Assembly: GCF_018350175.1 (NCBI RefSeq)
Contig: NC_058383.1
Location: 25,608,001 to 25,672,000 of the forward strand
Direction: 5' to 3'
DNA: 64,000 nt
Origin: Felis catus
Lineage: Eukaryota
Shown here: piece after piece, positions 61,541 to 64,000 of the stretch
Numbering within the stretch: the stretch's first letter is position 1
Layout: each line of letters starts with the position of its first letter
The notes under the pieces: generated by a model
The model's database searches: none
The model's input: only the letters and a program-made list of their open reading frames with translations
Told to the model about the DNA's origin: nothing
Translations under genes and position numbers: made by a program

Positions 61541-62496
61541 GAAAAAGAGGCAGAGCAGAGATTTAACCTTATCTGATCCAAAACCTGGATTACTGCATTC
61601 TGAGCAGCCCATGTGGACATGAACCCAAACTCCACTTCGGTTTCTAAGCGCCCTCCTTCCTTCAGTCCCCACGGGCCAAGCTTCTCAAGTCAATGCCAGG
61701 CCGGACAGGGAAATGCTGAGTGCCTAAACTAAGGCAATGGTTTGAAAACGCCAATAGTCTTTCATTTCCGCTAACCCCCCCTCTGCGCATGGGGCTGGCT
61801 TCCTCCCAGGCCCGGGACCCAGAGCACAGGGTAGAGGAGCTGCATTAATCGAAGCTTTATGGCATGTGGGAGCCAGTGGGGCTGAGGTAATCTCAGTGGT
61901 CAGCGTTAATCACAATTGCCCAAGTGAGGCCCATTTACCCATTAATACCAACGAGCCAGTTCCAGAAGGAAGGGGCAAGACGGCTGACATAAATGAATCT
62001 TCTGTTTATTCAACAACTACAGTGGCCTGAACACCCAGACTACATCTTCACTGATATAAAATATTTTGTATTTCTGCAAGGGTTCCCAATACTCTCTCAC
62101 ACACACACACACACACGTCTGAAGGAGACCCCAAGCAAAGAACATAGCCTGGCACAAAGGGCAAGGGTTTTAAAGTTTGAGAACCCTGGGTTCAGATCTT
62201 GATTCTGCCATTTAGGGGCAGAGTGACCTTAAGTGAGTCATGTGATGTCCCTAAGCCTTAGTTTCCCTATCTGTCAAAGGGAGCTAATACTTCTACCTCG
62301 TTCATGGTTATACTGGGAACTAGGAGATGCTAAATCTAAATGTTCCAGCTTGCAATGGGCTCAGCTCATGGTAGGATTTGGTCATTTTACACATTATTTC
62401 CCCCAAGACACAGAAGTTTGGGGAGGGGACAGTGGCCATGTGACCAGATTCTCTAATTTCAGTGCATCTAGGATGCTTGTTTAAAATGCAAGAATC

Positions 62497-62716
62497 GGTG
62501 CACCTGGGTGGCTCAGTCGGTTGAGCGTCTGACTTTGGCTCAGGTCATGATCTCACAGTCTGTGAGTTTGAGCCCTGCGACGGGCTCTGTGCTGACAGCT
62601 TAGAGCCTGGAGCCTGCTTCAGATTCTGCAGGCTCTCTCTCTCTGCCCCTCCCCCACTTATGCTCTGTCTCTCTGTCAAAACTAAATAAAACATTAAAAA
62701 AAAAATTTTTTTTTTA
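62497..62716 (+). mobile_element. CAN-SINE
   Basis: TSD AATGCAAGAA. Confidence 0.94.
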
Positions 62717-62731
62717 ATGCAAGAAACCCCA

Positions 62732-62944
62732 GGGGTGCCTGGGTGGCTCAACTGGTTAAGTGTCCGACTTCAGCTCAGGTCATGATCTTGCCATTCGTGA
62801 GTTCAAGCCCCACATTGGGCTCTGTGCTGACAGCTCAGATCCTGGAGCTTGCTTCAGATTCTGTGTCTCCAACTCTCTCTGCCCCTCCCCTGCTTACACT
62901 CTGTCTCTCTCTTTCAAAAAATAAAAATAAAACATTAAAAAAAG
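62732..62944 (+). mobile_element. CAN-SINE
   Basis: Head, CT tract and tail. Confidence 0.94.
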
Positions 62945-62953
62945 GTTTTAACA

Positions 62954-63190
62954 GGGGTGTCTGGGTGGCTCAGTCAGTTGAGCGTCCGACTTCGGCTCAG
63001 GTCATGATCTCGCAGTTGGTGACTTTGAGCCCCACATCAGGCTCTGTGCTAACAGCTCAGAGCCTGGAACTTGCTTTGGATTCTGTGTCTCCCTCTCTCT
63101 CTGCCCCTCCCCTGCTCACACCCTGTGTGTGTTTGTCTCTCTCTCTCTCAAAAATAAATATTTTAAAAAAAGACAAAAAGAAAAAAACTT
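62954..63190 (+). mobile_element. CAN-SINE in the tail of the previous copy
   Basis: TSD TTTTAACA. Confidence 0.94.
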
Positions 63191-63311
63191 TTTAACAAAA
63201 TGCAAGTATCCCCAGCCCCAGGGTTTCTGACTAGGGAGCGGTGGGGCTGAAGGTGTTGCATCTTTTAATAACCAACTGAAGGTTATTAAAGGTTATAACT
63301 TTCAGATAATG

Positions 63312-63604
63312 AAGGTGTCTGGCTGGCTCAGTTGAAAGAACATGCAAACAACTCTTGACCTCAGGGTCAGGAGTTCAAGTCCCACCCACACTGGGCATAA
63401 AGACGACTTAAATAAATAAACTTTTTTAAAAAGAGAAATAAAGGTGCCTGGCTGGCTCAGTTGAAAGCATGTTTGACTCTTGATCTTGGGGTCATGAGTT
63501 CGAGCCCCACACTGAATGTAGAGATTATTATAAATAAATAAATAAATAAACAAACTTTAAAAAAGAAATCAGATGCCATTTCGATTTCAAAAAAAAAAAA
63601 AAAA
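63312..63604 (+). mobile_element. Pair of short old CAN-SINEs with an extended 3' tail inside one TSD
   Basis: Heads at 63312 and ~63442; TSD AACTTTCAGATAATG at 63297-63311 and 63606-63620. Confidence 0.8.
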
Positions 63605-63611
63605 CAACTTT

Positions 63612-64000
63612 CAGATAATGGTTCTCATCCCTGGTTACACACTGGAAAGGTTGGGCTTCTTTGTTTCAATGCCTGGATCCCACCCCTACAGATTTTGACG
63701 TGTTGGGACCCTTGTGTTACCGGGACATTGATATTTTTTAAAGTTTCCAGATGATTCTAATATGCAGCCAGGGCTGAGAACCCCTGCCAGAAGCCAATGC
63801 TTCTCAGAGTGTGGTCCAGGGACGCATAGCATCAGCAGCACTGGAAACTTTTTAAAAATGCAAATTCTCTATCTTTCCCCAGGCTACTGATTATGAAACT
63901 CTGGAAGTGGGACCCAGCACGCAGTGGTTTGATAAGCCCTTGGGGGGGGGGGGGGGGTGGCGGGTGCGAGAGGGAGATTCTGATGCACACTCAGGTATAA
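63612..64000. mobile_element. Two MER5-like hAT fossils
   Basis: GGTTCTCATCCCTGG...CCAGATGATTCTAATATGCAGCCAGGGCTGAGAACC and CTTCTCAGAGTGTGGTCCAGG...GATTCTGATGCACACT. Confidence 0.7.

Noticed and set aside
1566..63604. SINE heads as tRNA genes
   Set aside because: They have tRNA-derived A/B boxes but no complete cloverleaf, and are followed by CT tracts, A-tails and TSDs.
63942..63957. Poly-G run
   Set aside because: Homopolymer inside a MER5-like fossil; likely slippage or sequencing noise.

Overview
Non-coding mammalian genomic DNA from a carnivore, very probably a felid. The young tRNA-derived CAN-SINEs match the cat SINEC_Fc pattern and there are felid-type L1 3' ends. I find no supportable protein-coding exon. 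Most listed ORFs come from SINEs, simple repeats or LTRs, or are L1 ORF2 remnants; the ORFs in unique DNA show no recognisable domain. The window holds about 45 CAN-SINEs, L1 fragments of several ages, MaLR/ERVL/ERV1 LTRs, hAT and Tc1-mariner fossils, MIR/L2 and one structurally intact solitary tRNA-Ala(AGC) gene (57209-57280, minus). The most notable structures are: (1) two independent L1 insertions whose target-site duplications (TSDs) enclose extra non-L1 DNA after the L1 tail, i.e. 3' transductions (10956-11833, with a mutated L1 polyA signal, and 52346-53041); (2) a CpG-rich, apparently young 344-bp gammaretrovirus-like solo LTR with a perfect 5-bp TSD (23511-23854); (3) a 10-bp-phased array of POU octamer motifs (3990-4049); (4) a duplicated perfect heat-shock element (34230-34274); and (5) several repeat-free homeodomain-motif islands that may be enhancers. 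Repeat family names come from recalled consensus sequences, not a database search. Boundaries of old repeats are approximate.
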